From Phoronis australis (Eukaryota; Animalia; Phoronida): a stretch of 64,000 nucleotides of DNA. The stretch spans positions 186,001 through 250,000 of the forward strand of contig NMRA01000577.1 in the NCBI GenBank assembly GCA_002633005.1. The letters are read 5' to 3'. The notes under the pieces are model-generated. The model was given only the letters and a program-made list of their open reading frames with translations. It was not told the origin of the DNA and searched no databases. Of this stretch, positions 52,601 to 63,632 are shown piece after piece. A program made the position numbers and the translations under genes. The stretch's first letter is position 1. The number at the start of each line of letters is the position of its first letter.

Positions 52601-53523
52601 TTGTAGCTGTTCAACATTGTTCTCAAGAGCAGACACTTCCACTTTTGCAGAGTGAAACTTCTGTTGTTCTTTGCTCAGTTCAGCCTTCACACGAGACAGG
52701 TCATTTCTCAATTCCTTCTCAACAAATTCTCGCGAAGGAGAGGTTTCGCTGCCTTGCATGTGTTCCATCTCAATTTTATATTCGTTGACCTGAAATGACA
52801 TCTCATCTGCTCGATTTGCTGCAGTGTCAAGTTGAATCACTAAAGAATTCTTCTCTTCTTCAAGTTGTTTTACTCGTGACATCAACTGAGACAAGTTGTC
52901 GGCAGGCTGACGCGGTTCCACCTCGCTTTTCTTTGAGGACATAGTAGTAGACAGCTTGTCTTCAAGTTCCTTAACCTTGTCTTGCACTGTTACAATGTCA
53001 CATTCAGCCTTTCTTCGAGCACATTTTTCTTCCTCCAGTCTTTCCTGAGTAGTTTTCAGCGACAACTCTTGGGCTCCAAACTTTTCTTGAGCTTCGCACA
53101 GTTCATTTTCCAACTCATGCAGAGTCTCCTCCATGCTTTTTATGGCAACCTCTGTGTCCTCTAGCTTTTTGCTTCTCAGTTCAATTTCCTTCAGACAGTT
53201 GTTACGTTCATCTTTCAGAACTTGCAACTCAGCGGCTGTTGCTTTGAGCTCACCTTCAACTTCAGTTTTGCAGGTTTCCAAAGAAACGGCTTTTGACTCA
53301 GTCTCACGGTGATCTGCTTTCTCCTTTTCAACTAACGCCTCAAGAGACTTTATGCGATCTTTTAAATCGCTATCACTCTTCTCTTCCCCTTTGTTCACAA
53401 TTTGTTCTTCAGCTAGTTTTTGAGCAGACTCAAGTTTGGTCCTCAGGTCTTTCATTGTTTCCTCAAAAGCTTCCACTTTCTCGTGAAGAGCAACGTTTTC
53501 TTGGAGCTTGGCATCAAGACACT
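37532..53523 (-). CDS. KIF20B: KIF20B/MPP1-like kinesin-6, 5'-partial multi-exon gene: 14 coding exons (53523-49877, 49547-49374, 47268-47085, 46662-46537, 46094-45975, 45027-44917, 44328-44168, 43606-43511, 43311-43201, 42938-42834, 42244-41945, 41683-41597, 39908-39654, 37612-37532), about 1850 aa of stalk and tail; motor domain outside the window
   Basis: Exons were spliced by hand: all have AG/GT boundaries and matching phases, giving 5558 nt that end in TAA. Collinear motifs resemble human KIF20B as I recall it: KALEEQEDCMDKQDKLLE (~MALEEQEQTQVEQDQVLE), EWRENRDQLVSSLE (~KWREERDQLVAALE), RKRRSHEM (~RKRKSNEM), TLSKLGEMMHNSP..SAKKLMD (~TLQKFGDFLQHSP..KAKKIIE) and HSIVTRRLTRSRKK* (~HQIIKRRLRTKTAK*). 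Confidence 0.85.
39654..39908 (-). CDS. KIF20B: KIF20B-like penultimate exon (TSNDSFSR...TLSKLGEMMHNSPLGKSAKKLMD...PPPF), 255 nt
   Basis: ttttcag|ACG ... TTT|gtaagt, phase 0-0; KIF20B tail motif, clustered SP sites, basic KKKRL. Confidence 0.92.
41310..41396 (-). CDS. KIF20B: Second copy of the 87-nt exon, probably the alternative haplotype across the single-N join at 41564
   Basis: Same peptide, with one synonymous GAT/GAC difference and donor gtaaat. Lies in the duplicated block 41278-41563 versus 41565-41856. Confidence 0.55.
41597..41683 (-). CDS. KIF20B: KIF20B-like exon (NVEPEPTSQQKRSTRGRKKKVHEDVIDEE), 87 nt, copy or allele 1
   Basis: tcacag|AAT ... GAG|gtaagc, phase 0-0. Confidence 0.85.
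41945..42244 (-). CDS. KIF20B: KIF20B-like exon (RTTRKTRG...RKRRSHEMATNE), 300 nt
   Basis: ccaacag|CGT ... GAA|gtaagt, phase 0-0. Confidence 0.9.
42577..42895. repeat. 82-bp tandem repeat (about 4 copies) spanning an exon 3' end and its splice donor
   Basis: CACCTGATTG recurs at 42667, 42749 and 42831 (spacing 82), with a degenerate fourth unit near 42586. Confidence 0.92.
42834..42938 (-). CDS. KIF20B: KIF20B-like exon (SSIMESGENEDLVKMLENKVASLEDQLLKESKGNQ), 105 nt
   Basis: tgtttccag|TCC ... CAG|gtgagt, phase 0-0; its 3' end is tandemly repeated into the intron. Confidence 0.88.
43201..43311 (-). CDS. KIF20B: KIF20B-like exon (EWRENRDQLVSSLEK...NQPNQ), 111 nt
   Basis: tttgtccag|GAA ... CAG|gtaaag, phase 0-0; carries the WRExRDQLVxxLE motif of KIF20B. 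Confidence 0.92.
43511..43606 (-). CDS. KIF20B: KIF20B-like exon (EKAKQLRDFEVK...KAAELQ), 96 nt
   Basis: tttacag|GAG ... CAG|gtgaga, phase 0-0. Confidence 0.9.
43755..44032. repeat. Degenerate (ACAG)n-rich low-complexity intronic repeat
   Basis: Recurrent ACAGACAG and GGTCTGGCAGGCA..GAAGGATCA units. Confidence 0.8.
44168..44328 (-). CDS. KIF20B: KIF20B-like exon (STRHELETLK...KKEKE), 161 nt
   Basis: ttccttag|GT ... GAG|gtgatt, phase 1-0. Confidence 0.9.
44917..45027 (-). CDS. KIF20B: KIF20B-like exon (ESRSQDEYQKLLEEK...LEKLLS), 111 nt
   Basis: gtcacag|AG ... TCC A|gtatgt, phase 1-1. Not in the ORF track; read by hand. Confidence 0.87.
45975..46094 (-). CDS. KIF20B: KIF20B-like exon (DMEAMTSVEDIQK...RRVHS), 120 nt
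   Basis: cttacag|AC ... TCT G|gtttgt, phase 1-1. Confidence 0.88.
46537..46662 (-). CDS. KIF20B: KIF20B-like exon (DSKSNEKLLGDMKKALEEQE...KLTT), 126 nt
   Basis: ctgtccag|AC ... ACT G|gtcagt, phase 1-1; carries the ALEEQE motif. Confidence 0.9.
47085..47268 (-). CDS. KIF20B: KIF20B-like exon (KIADDYRST...FELALK), 184 nt
   Basis: ttgcag|AAA ... AAA G|gtagga, phase 0-1. Confidence 0.9.
47951..49006 (-). mobile_element. Helentron-associated non-autonomous element (HINE, DINE-1-like), full-length copy 1
   Basis: On the minus strand: T-run, 5' hairpin ATGCGCCCACATAT..ATATGTGGACGCAT, (CCGT)n microsatellite, about 150-bp internal repeats anchored on CCACTAG, 3' subTIR TGTGGGCACAT, short stem-loop, CTTGTT end. 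No TSD. Confidence 0.85.
49149..49347. repeat. 46-bp intronic minisatellite, about 4 copies
   Basis: Unit GAGCAAGGCACATTCACTACACACCACCCTATACTCACAGAACACT. Confidence 0.9.
49374..49547 (-). CDS. KIF20B: KIF20B-like exon (AQEREDDLRKK...EVADYK), 174 nt
   Basis: tttgtcag|GCA ... AAG|gtaaga, phase 0-0, coiled-coil sequence. Confidence 0.9.
49877..53523 (-). CDS. KIF20B: Giant 3647-nt coiled-coil exon of the KIF20B-like gene
   Basis: Lies within the 1258-aa E/K/L-rich heptad ORF. Acceptor tttttgcag|AG TGT (phase 1), donor AAT AAG|gtaatg (phase 0). Confidence 0.93.
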
Positions 53524-54653
53524 CTGCAAAAAGACAAGCAGTCGTCATTTTTTTTTAAATTGATGCAGCATTCAACTAAGCAATCAACAAAGGCACAGAA
53601 TACTAACCTCTTTAAAATTTATACACAATAACGGAAAAATGCATAAGAAATCAAAATACGTCATCCTCATAACTGGTATGCAACTATAATAGAATCAGTC
53701 AGTAAGATTTATTTCAGGCAACAAAGTCATAAAAATAATACAAGTAACCCAGAAGGCAGAGCATTCTATCTGGGTTTACATATAATACAAAAAATTATGG
53801 CACATGTTATACTAACTGAAATTAATAACGGCCACATTAACAGTTTCATAGCTTCTGAACTACTACAAATTGATTTCAAAAGCAGTCAGCAGTGCCATGA
53901 GTCCAACAGTTATATCATATCAATGTTAATATCATAATAAAGACATGGGTCAAGGTAATAAAATGTGCATTCTGTTGTGATTTGGACTGATTGGTATGAA
54001 GTTCTAAACTCAACAGCAGTAAATTTTTCAGAGTCAATAATTCTCCATATTGACTGCTCATTAAACCTTCATATTGACCATTGCTATGGTAACGCCCCCT
54101 TCTACAGAGTAATGTGAAGTACTGGAAACCTCATCGGATCTTATAGTTCCTAAGTCACCACACTTCACCACTGCATCACCAGCAAGCATCCAAAGTCAAA
54201 AGCGTTTGAGCCTTTTCATGTCATCCAGATTCTTACTGAACTTTTGTTTTTAAATTAACCGTTAACTATAAATAATTCCACCAAAGGATCGCAGGTATAC
54301 TTTGACACAAACAGTGCGTTTTCATTGGATGAAATGTTCGTTGACTTTCAATACACGCCATTTGCGCGGACTTCAACAAGGAAAGTCATGCCGTAGGTGT
54401 CCAACATTCAAGAGGTTCGAAGTGTTTTGCGAGATTGTGATGTCGAACGACGCGCTCATGGAAAGCGCCTTCGTTTTTGGCAAGTGATTCTCAAGCTGCA
54501 TCGCCAACAAAACCAAGATGGAAAGCAGATCATTCATTAGCGCCGTCTAACAATTCGAAGCGCTTGCGGAAAGCACTTTCCTTATTAAACGCAAGGCAGC
54601 TCCTGCTCGATGACAGTCAATAACTGTATACTAATGATAACACTGCTACTACT

Positions 54654-55395
54654 GGGTCATTCCGATGTGTCCCGGGTTCTGTGTCCCAGGTTCTATGTGT
54701 CCCGGGTTCTATGTGTCTTGGTATGGTAGTTTTTTGGTAAAAATAGCCGTGTTCCAGAAACTGTCATGTGAACTGCGCACCCAGGTTAACATACCTGTAA
54801 GAATCAAGCCACAGAACTTCCAATGACTCCAAATGGTTCGAGAGATATGATCACAAGTAAATTTTGCTAATTGAGACCAACAAATATGAGCTAATTATGC
54901 ATGCAAATTAGAGTTAATGAGGTTGAAGTCTGCCTTTCATCAGGTTTGAAAGGGCACCTCAAAATGGTCATTTGGACCCAATGGCAATTTCTTATGAAAC
55001 TTGCACATACTCCCTCTGGATTGAATGTTATGTACGTTTTTGGCTAAAGATGGCGGTTTTGTGGGAAATTGTCACGTGATCCTGACCTTGAATGAACTCA
55101 TAAGTGTCAAAAACTAATTGGACACCCTAGTGAACATAAGAATCGACCCAAAGTTCCTGAGACTGTCAAATGGTTCCTGCACGTAGTTTATGCTGTTTGG
55201 CCAAATTATGCATGCAAATAAGGGTTAATGAGGTCAAATCTTTTAGCCCTCTATTAGGATCGAAATAGCACCTCAAAATTTTCATACAGACCTAAAATAG
55301 CGATTGACCTTAGCTAAAACTTGCCCACTCGTCCGCTTAGTGCCTGGACTATAACACAAAAGACCGGGACACATTGAATCCGGGACACAAAGAAC
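54654..55395. mobile_element. Non-autonomous DNA transposon with inverted arrays of a 16-bp repeat (ATGTGTCCCGGGTTCT)
   Basis: Four units at 54664-54722, reverse units GGGACACA at 55362-55395, and an internal direct repeat (TTATGCATGCAAAT...CACCTCAAAAT) at about 54895 and 55205. Confidence 0.65.
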
Positions 55396-55409
55396 GCAAT
55401 GCTACGTTC

Positions 55410-55490
55410 CACCACTACTGCTGCTACTATTACTACTACTACTAGTAATAATAATAATCATGATACCAAAAATAGTGGCAATAATGATAT
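55410..55490. repeat. (CTA)n/(TAA)n simple repeat
   Basis: Seen directly in the sequence. Confidence 0.75.
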
Positions 55491-56205
55491 GTAACGCTTA
55501 TCATCAGGTAATTCTGCATTGTAACGTTCTAAACCATAAAGAAATACATACGAGAATCGGTTATTTCTACTGAACTTCGTTTGTAATTAGTGGATGTAAC
55601 TGATTCTCAATGACTTCTAGACCATTTAAACGGCTAAAACGCAGGATATATAACAACAATAATAATAAAAAATGATGTTCTAATACCAAAACCCAGGGTG
55701 TGCAGCATCTAAAATTTGAGACACCGACGTTCAACCTGAAATAGAATTTCTCAATTCTGCAGGTTGGAACAAAAATTGGGCAATATTTCTAAAGTATTGG
55801 ACACTGCGTTTTGTAACAACAAAGTCCAAGATAAATATCGGTGAAGACAGCTGCCGCCGCAACAAACTTAAGAATGGGTAATTTTTCTGTCTCTTGTAAT
55901 TCCTGAATTTGTGACCGATGATGTGGCCCATTTCTGAAATTTGTTTCAAGCTCCAAACTTGAGCAAAATAATTAATTTTTGCTGTCTCAAACTGGAAAAT
56001 TTTAAGGGACAGGCATTAAGCTTAGATCAAACATTGGTGATCAAAAGTAAAATAATTCCAAGGGGAGCAATAAACAAAACACATGCATTAAATTACCATG
56101 ATTTACATTTACCATTTTGGAAATCAATCAACTGTTTCTAAAATCCCGTTCACTAACCAAACGTTAAGAGAGGTAGATACATTGTTTGTTTTTCCATGTT
56201 GTCTT

Positions 56206-57257
56206 AACAAGAGCAACGCGGAGCGTTGAAATGCGCCCACAATTGCACCGCATACGGTATCCTTCTAGGGTTGTTTATTGGTACCATAAAGTGGCCAGTA
56301 GAGGGCATACTTTGCAAAATGGAAAGGCATGGTCATTGTCTCAATAGGCTAGGGGCAAAATGTGAGTAATCTTCATAATACAAGCACATCATATACACCA
56401 GTTGCTTAAAGCACCACAGAAACATAGAATTAAAAACAAATTTACCAACATACGAGATTAATACAGCATTAGAATGCCAGAAACAAATTTCTACTTGGAA
56501 CTTTTCCTTCACAGTCACGAAGTAACACAAAGTATACACCTGAAGACCTATGAAAATACAGAGGTCAATGTAAAATACTAAAATTGCCACTAGAGGCAAA
56601 TACTAAAATTGCCACTAGAGGCATACCGGTAATCAGAATCATCCTAAAGTCGTCATCGTCCGTTGTCAACATCACATAAATACACTTGCTAAATTTAGTA
56701 AAGATCCTGCAAACGGTTTGGGAGATACAGCCATGGGCGCAAAAAAACAAAACTGCCACTAGGAGGCGCCACAGTAGTCCAAATCGTCTGAAAATCATTG
56801 TCAGCTGTCTTCCTTATAGTAAGCACATACACGCCAATTTTCACAATCATCCTTTGAGCGGTTTGGTTGATAGAGGGGTGGACGCAAAAATACAGACTCG
56901 AAAACAGTAAAAATGGCCACTAGGTGGCGCAAACTACGTCGAATCCATCTGAAAACAGTAGGATAGCGTCATCTCACTAATAGGTGCCTACATACCAAAT
57001 TTCATGAAAATCCGTTCAATACTTTTGAAGATACAAAGGTAAGCGTAAAAAAATAAAATTGCCACTAGGGGGCACACCGGTAGTCGGATCTGTCCGAAAG
57101 TTCGCACATGCCGTCCCATTCATGAATGGAACATATGTGCCAAATTTCATGAACGTATGTCAAAGGGTTTTGGAGATAGAGCAGCGGACGCCGGACGCCA
57201 GACGGACAGAGATGACGGCATAATGCGTCCACATATAAATATGTGGGCGCATAAAAA
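56206..57257 (-). mobile_element. HINE/DINE-1-like element, full-length copy 2
   Basis: Collinear and highly similar to 47951-49006; perfect subTIR ATGCGCCCACA and 3' stem CAACGC-TCC-GCGTTG; internal 26-bp duplication near 56572-56623. Confidence 0.87.
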
Positions 57258-58507
57258 TGTGTAAACTTTAATATATGTTGTCTTAAATGTCACCCACTAC
57301 TTGAGAAAAAGCAAAGAAAATTGTTTTTGAGTGACTAGATTTAATAAAAGCATATTTTAAATTTCCTAAAACGCTCACGTTTTCTTGATGGCATTTCCAA
57401 AAAATGCTGTCACAGATTTAGAAGTCTTCCAAGTCTTATTTAAGTCGTCAATACACAATTATGACCATAGTCATCATCACATACTGTTTTTTGAGATTTA
57501 GCAAATACACAAATTCAGTCAAAATTCCAACTTCAAATCAAAATTTAAATAAAATCCCTGGTATAGATTTTAAGTTCAGTTGTATTAGATTTCATTTTTT
57601 CTATTCGTAAAAATTGATAAAAAGATAGCTGTGAAATAAAAGTGAGCATATTGCCACTACTGTGAAATATTAAACTGAGATAAACATGTTTAAAGTTTTG
57701 CAGTTATCATATGCTACTCTTGGTCAACTTTCACTGAAAATCTGTGCATGTATCGTTCCAGTTTTACTGAACATGGTAAAAAGACACCAGAGGACACTTT
57801 CTATCCCAAAATTACTAACTTTTCAGTTGGTGTATTGCAACATTTGGGCTTTTTTCTTTAAATGCGAGTGGTTCTCAGACCAAAGTCCAATATGTCTGCT
57901 TGGTCTGTTGTGCATTTTGACATAGGAAGCTTTGTGTGATGGTGTAATAATTGGTCAATTTGTGGTCTAAGCTCCCAAATTCCTACAGTGAGCTAATGTA
58001 CCATTCAGGCCTGATAAGTAGGAATTTTCAGAGATCTGGTTAAAATGATGCCTAATGTATGCACTTTTCAAGTCAGTTTCATTTTGTCATGAACATGGAA
58101 ATAAATAATGAAAGTTCTAGACAATACAAAATTTAAAAAATGTCAAAGATCCAAAATTCAATGTATACAACCTCCTTAATATTATTACCAATAAAGTGAT
58201 CATTAGTATGGATACAGTGGTCATGTTTGATGCGCATTAAAATTTTCAGTGATGCATTGTAATGAATTGGCACAACCTGAATGGCACACAAACATTACTG
58301 GCATTCACGGCTTATGTTGTTTTGCCACAGTAATGTAAACGAGATACAGGTAACTAGATTGACCCATGCACTTGATGATCTGTGGGTTGATTGAGTCCTC
58401 CGTGACAATGTGTGACAGGATCTTTGGCTTAATTGCACACTTGACAATTGCTAATTTCCAGAAAAAATCCTGGTAAAACAGGAATCATAGGATGTTCTTG
58501 GAAAAAC

Positions 58508-58683
58508 AACAAGAGCAACGCAGAGCGTTGAAATGCGCCCACAATTGCACCGCATACGGTATCCTTCTAGGGTTGTTTATTGGTACCACAAAGTGGCCAG
58601 TAGAGGGCATATATGTAGTATGTTGTACTTAGCAAAATGGAAAGGCATGGTCATTGTCTCCTCAATAGGCTAGGGGCAAAATG
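58508..58683 (-). mobile_element. HINE/DINE-1-like element, 3' end of copy 3, truncated by a contig join
   Basis: Near-identical to the 3' ends of copies 1 and 2; breaks at the N at 58684. Confidence 0.85.
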
Positions 58684-59027
58684 NGTTGATTGAGTCCTCC
58701 GTGACAATGTGTGACAGGATCTTTGGCTTAATTGCACACTTGACAATTGCTAATTTCCAGAAAAAATCCTGGTAAAACAGGAATCATAGGATGTTCTTGG
58801 AAAAACAAAAAGGTACAAATTACCGAGGAAACCTTTTGTTCTACAGGGAAGTGCAATTAAGCTAATTAGCCAACCATTTATGAAAAATGGGACATTAACA
58901 GGCGATAACTGAGAGGCTATCAAAACGCAAAACTTTTATGATTTTCATGAAAAAACTCTTAACGTTGCATAAAATGAATATGAAATCATTTAGAAAACCC
59001 AAAGAGGATCTTGGCAGAGGCAAGGGA

Positions 59028-59248
59028 TAAGGGGGGCTCGAATTTCTGTCCATGTGGACCTTTTGCTGCAAAAAACATCAGGACTAAAAAAAAATAAAAA
59101 AAACAAGAAGCGTGCGTCTGCGTCTTTTTAGTGGACTTTTGTCTCGTTTTCCTGGGACTTTTTGTTTGTCTGAGGTGGACCTTTTTGCCCACGTCGTCAA
59201 ATGGGGGGGGGGGGCTCATTTGAGCCCCCCCTGGGTGCGCGCACGTGA
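59028..59248. mobile_element. MITE of the 34972-35237 family, left end lost
   Basis: Shares GGGGGCTCGAATT...TGTGGACCTTTT...GGACTAAAAAAAA...CCCCCTGGGTGCGCGCA. Confidence 0.65.
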
Positions 59249-61959
59249 ACAGGGAGTTAACTGCAAGCTTGCCACTTGCATGGTTGGTAGTAAGATACTG
59301 CCTACAGGTGTTGCGTCACCAGAGACTGTGAGCAGCAAGAGGAATTGTGGGTAGTCGGATACTGGCTACACGTGTTGTTGCATCACAAAGGACGAGCCGA
59401 AGTAAGTACATTTAAGCAGTACAGAGCGTGTAAGTACGAGGATCAACCAACAGTGTCAAGTCCTACAGATTGGATTGCAGATGAGATGTTGATTGAAATT
59501 ATCCTCACAGAGGGCACTAGCGCAGTTACTCTTCTTCATTGTTGGTCTAATTAAATCGCATTAATTAGTGGTTATTATATAATAAATCAATTACTGGATT
59601 AAATCATTCTCTCCATCCACGCACAATCACAAAGCATAGCTACCTTTTAAACTAAACCCAAAGACAACTTCTGACATATTTTAATACCATTGTGTTGCCA
59701 TCAATGAACCTTTCCTCTTAGACAAATTTTACACGACCCAATTATTGTCAATTTGGCAAAAAAGTCCAAAATCAAATTCTACAGACTTTCTACTTTAAGG
59801 AAATATATACTTTTGACAAGTTAGAATCTATAGTTTTGTAGACATTTGGTTAAGTGCAATCTCATCGATAAGATTCTACAATAACCCGAAGTGTCTACAG
59901 TTATCATAAGGAAGGAATTTGTCCGATTTCAACTTTGAACACAACCACAGCAACTAGGAAGTGTTAATCACAGCTTGTCTGTCAACATAAACATTTTTTC
60001 TGAAGGATTAAATGATTACATCAGTCTGGAGATTCATGTTTCGGTCGTCGACTCTTAATCAACATGTGGATAAGATATGTGAAGAGTGAACATTTACGAT
60101 TTACCGGGAATCACTGTGAGGACCTCTGCCTTTGATTTTGTCATATATCATAAAACCCATCAGACTAGCCATGTTTCTTTAGATATTTTACCACGTCAAA
60201 CGCTAGCAACAAGGATTGTTATTATACAGTTTGGACAGATTATGTAACTATAAATCCACAAGCAACCAATATTTCTGAGTTAATAATTCGCACTATTGTC
60301 AGCTCATATCTTCACACCAATATATATGATATGGTAATGTCGTTTTGATTCCTTTTAAAATCTTTATAGCGAAGTAATGGACATCCCATTGTGCTTTGAT
60401 CCCAACAGGACATCACAGAATTTTTTATGTCTTCTGAATTCTGATGTTGCGTTCGTTTTCAAATTGTTTGCATTTTAGTGCATTCATGATAGATTTAACG
60501 TTTGTACTGTTGAGCATAGATTTCCCGCAATGTAATTAATTGTTTCTTTGTCAATTCTAAGCATCTTCTGCAAGTTTTTAAAAAATCTCTCCACAATATT
60601 TTGGGTAAACAACTTGTGGCTGACTGACTGAACCAATGATTGAAGGTCCAAACATAGCATACTTCCATGATTTGCTTAACGGATTGATTTTTGACACTTG
60701 GTCAAATTGATGGTTTTCAGACCCTAAAAATGACCTTGGATCCGCTTCGGTAGTTATCACACAAAAACCAACATATTGACTCAGTCGATGGAAGTCAGTT
60801 ACTGTAATTATACATCAATTTGGTACGGTATTTCCTGTAATAAGAATGATAGTCTAATTACAATGAAGAGATTTCAATGACACTTCCTCATGAGCTGCTA
60901 ATGTGAACGCAAACAGTGTCACGTGAGAAAATCGAATAGAACCGGAAAGATCCAGTTTGCCACAAGGTTCACTGGGTACTGACTTTGGTTGCAATTACCC
61001 AGCCGGCGCAGCCAATAACCGCCAAACTGTCGGCCATTATGACAATTTTTCAACTCATCAGCTGAGCCTCAAAAGATTCATGTGACTGACGCATTAGCGA
61101 TACTAATAGTGAATCTTTCCAAATATCAAGGCTATCAATGAATGCCAGTGCCATTTGGCCAGTGACGAAATCGATGATACCGAAGAACAGAGCTCACAGC
61201 TGTTGTCCATGCAGTCTCATCCAAAACTCCAGGGGTCCTACAGAAGAAACGGCTAGTTAATTTGTTTACTCTTGAGGCCAAACATTAAATATTCACCTTT
61301 CTTGGAAACTAGATAAAGCGCCTATGGCAGCAATGTTTTTGGAACGTCCTTAACTTTTGCAAACAGGAAATACGCTCACGCGTACACCGCTTTATTTTTG
61401 AAACTTTATAACAAAAGTACAAAAATGTAAACTAATGGCAGCGTGTTTCTGTCATAAAAGCTATTTTTGAATTTGCTAAATGTGAGTATTTGATGCGGAC
61501 CCCAAGAGTTGTAGATTCGAAGCAGAACTGTCAGGGTGAGCTGAAAGAAGACAAACAGCTGTATTAATCTACCATTTATTGCTTGTTGGCAAGTCATACA
61601 AAAACATGGGTATTATACAATACATCAGTAGAAAAACTACACTTAAAACATGATCAAAGAGACGGTTAACTAAATTCCTCGTCAGTCACATCTACCGTAT
61701 CATTCACAAGCTCAACCATGCAAAACAATCAGAGAGGAAAAAATCTTCGAGATATCATTGTCTACAAGGGCAGATGTCTGCATTAAGCACAGCAAAATCG
61801 ACAAGCACAACACAAACCATTGAAAATTACCAACAAATGCGCAGCAAACGGTATGCTTCTTGAGGTGAGTAATATATAAAATAAAAAAAAAACTAGGCAC
61901 CACGGCATAAGTCAAATCCATCTAAAACCGGGGGAGTGGTCTTACCTTCTTGGTAGAAA

Positions 61960-62922
61960 CTTATTTGACAAATTTTGTGAACATCCATTGAGCAACTTGG
62001 CTAAGAAAACTGTCACAATGGATGCTACAGGTGAACCCCCAAATTCTCTATCAGGCGTACTCTCCTCAATTGCGTAAAATATACCCATGAAGATGCATAA
62101 GGGAAATTGGTAGACACAAAATTTGCCACAAGGTGGCGGCAGAGTTGGACATATGCCAAACACGATCATCTCAATAGGATTACATCAGTAAAATTTCATA
62201 GTGATCATCAAGCGCTTTGGTCGGGCGGGTGGCAAAAATAGCCACAAAAATAATAAAACTGAATATGTTGAATCCATCCATAAATACGAACATGTTACTG
62301 TTTCCTTAATAGAATCATATTTCTCAAATTTGATGAAAATCCATCAACGAACTTCGTAGATATAGAGGCATATGCAAAGAAAAGCTAATTGCCACTAGGG
62401 GGTGCCACAGTAGTTGGATTAGTCCCAACTGAAGCAAGTTTTCTAAATTGTATTGAGATTCATCAAGGAAATTGGTGGGCATTGAGACACAGGAAACTTG
62501 TCACTAAACAGCGCCAAAGTACTCGGACATGTCTAAAAACCTTTGTCAGTCATGACCAGCTCCATAGGAACACATATATTAAACAATTCTTAATGATCCC
62601 TTGACCAGTCCGGAAGACAGACAGGCAAATCCCCCACCCCCCCAAAAAACAGATGCACAAAAAACCTAATAAAATCAAATTTCACGAAAATCCGTCAAGG
62701 AACTCAGTAGATATACAACATAATGAAACCACAGGGGGCATGGCAGTAGTCGAATCTGTCCAAAAAAATGCTTGCTTCATCAATGAAAAGATGTATCTGC
62801 AAAATTCCATGGATATCCATCAAGGAGTTTTAGAGATACAGCAGTGGACGCCAGAGGCACAATAGATAGACGAAAGGGAATAACTGCAGAATGCACACAT
62901 ATAGACACATATGTGGGTGCAT
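61960..62922 (-). mobile_element. Old, diverged HINE of a related family
   Basis: Degenerate terminal hairpin ATGCACACATAT..ATATGTGGGTGCAT, GCCACTAGGGGG and AAATTTCA.GAAAATCC.TCA repeat units. Left boundary approximate. Confidence 0.65.
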
Positions 62923-63632
62923 AGAACTAGCAAAAGGTCTGTGCGAGTTAACTTATCTTTTGGTGACACAAACGAAATGTCCTTTAGGGTCATTTTATCA
63001 AAGACAGTAACTCTGATTGTAGCAAAGACAATGGAAGATGCAATACAGCAAACGTGGTGTTTTTTTACAGGTCTGGAGCAAAATGTTGCAACTGAGGTTT
63101 AAGTTGGTAATTTTTCACAATCAGACTTACCGACCGCCTTGAAAAGTTAATCAACAGATATGACCAGACTCATTACCGTTAATTAGACAGCACCTGAAGT
63201 CGTTAATATTGTTTAGGCTCTAATGAGCGAATTTTTTTGCCAATGTAAATTTGTTTACTACATAAATATAGTGGCCTAGGAAATAAGATTACATCCTTTG
63301 CAATGGTTCAAACAAATTGTCACACAAGAACCTACATAAACAACACAACTACAACCTAGGACAATTAAAGTGTTGCTTTGTTTGAAGCAAGAATGCAAGT
63401 CAAAGTATATCACCTTAATCAATGCATTAGAACAAACACAAAAGGCTCTTAAGTCTCTTTGGCCCCTTCAAACCCCTCGGGCTGCCCTGCCCAGTCTCCC
63501 TGACAGCTGCAATGCCTCTATTACTATTACTAATGGCCCAATGCCACTTTTTTAATACAGACCCTTATGTATGAGCGGTTAGTGGCATGAAACATAGCTT
63601 GAGTATCAAAAACCAAATTATGCAATCCATGC

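Noticed and set aside
49772-53548. Calling the large ORF a golgin, CENP-F, CENP-E or myosin-like single-exon gene
   Set aside because: It has splice sites at both ends and joins in frame to downstream exons that carry KIF20B-like tail motifs.
49806-53631. Many plus-strand ORFs (up to 187 aa)
   Set aside because: Antisense shadows of the coiled-coil exon; F/S/L-rich, with no independent signals.
59309-59625. Possible second solo LTR (TG...CA with AATAAA)
   Set aside because: Weak terminal inverted repeat and no TSD.
61942-62169. Minus-strand ORF ending at an AG|GTAAG donor, considered as the missing upstream KIF20 exon
   Set aside because: Overlaps the diverged HINE, has no kinesin or coiled-coil character, and the donor is phase 2 in that frame while phase 1 is needed.
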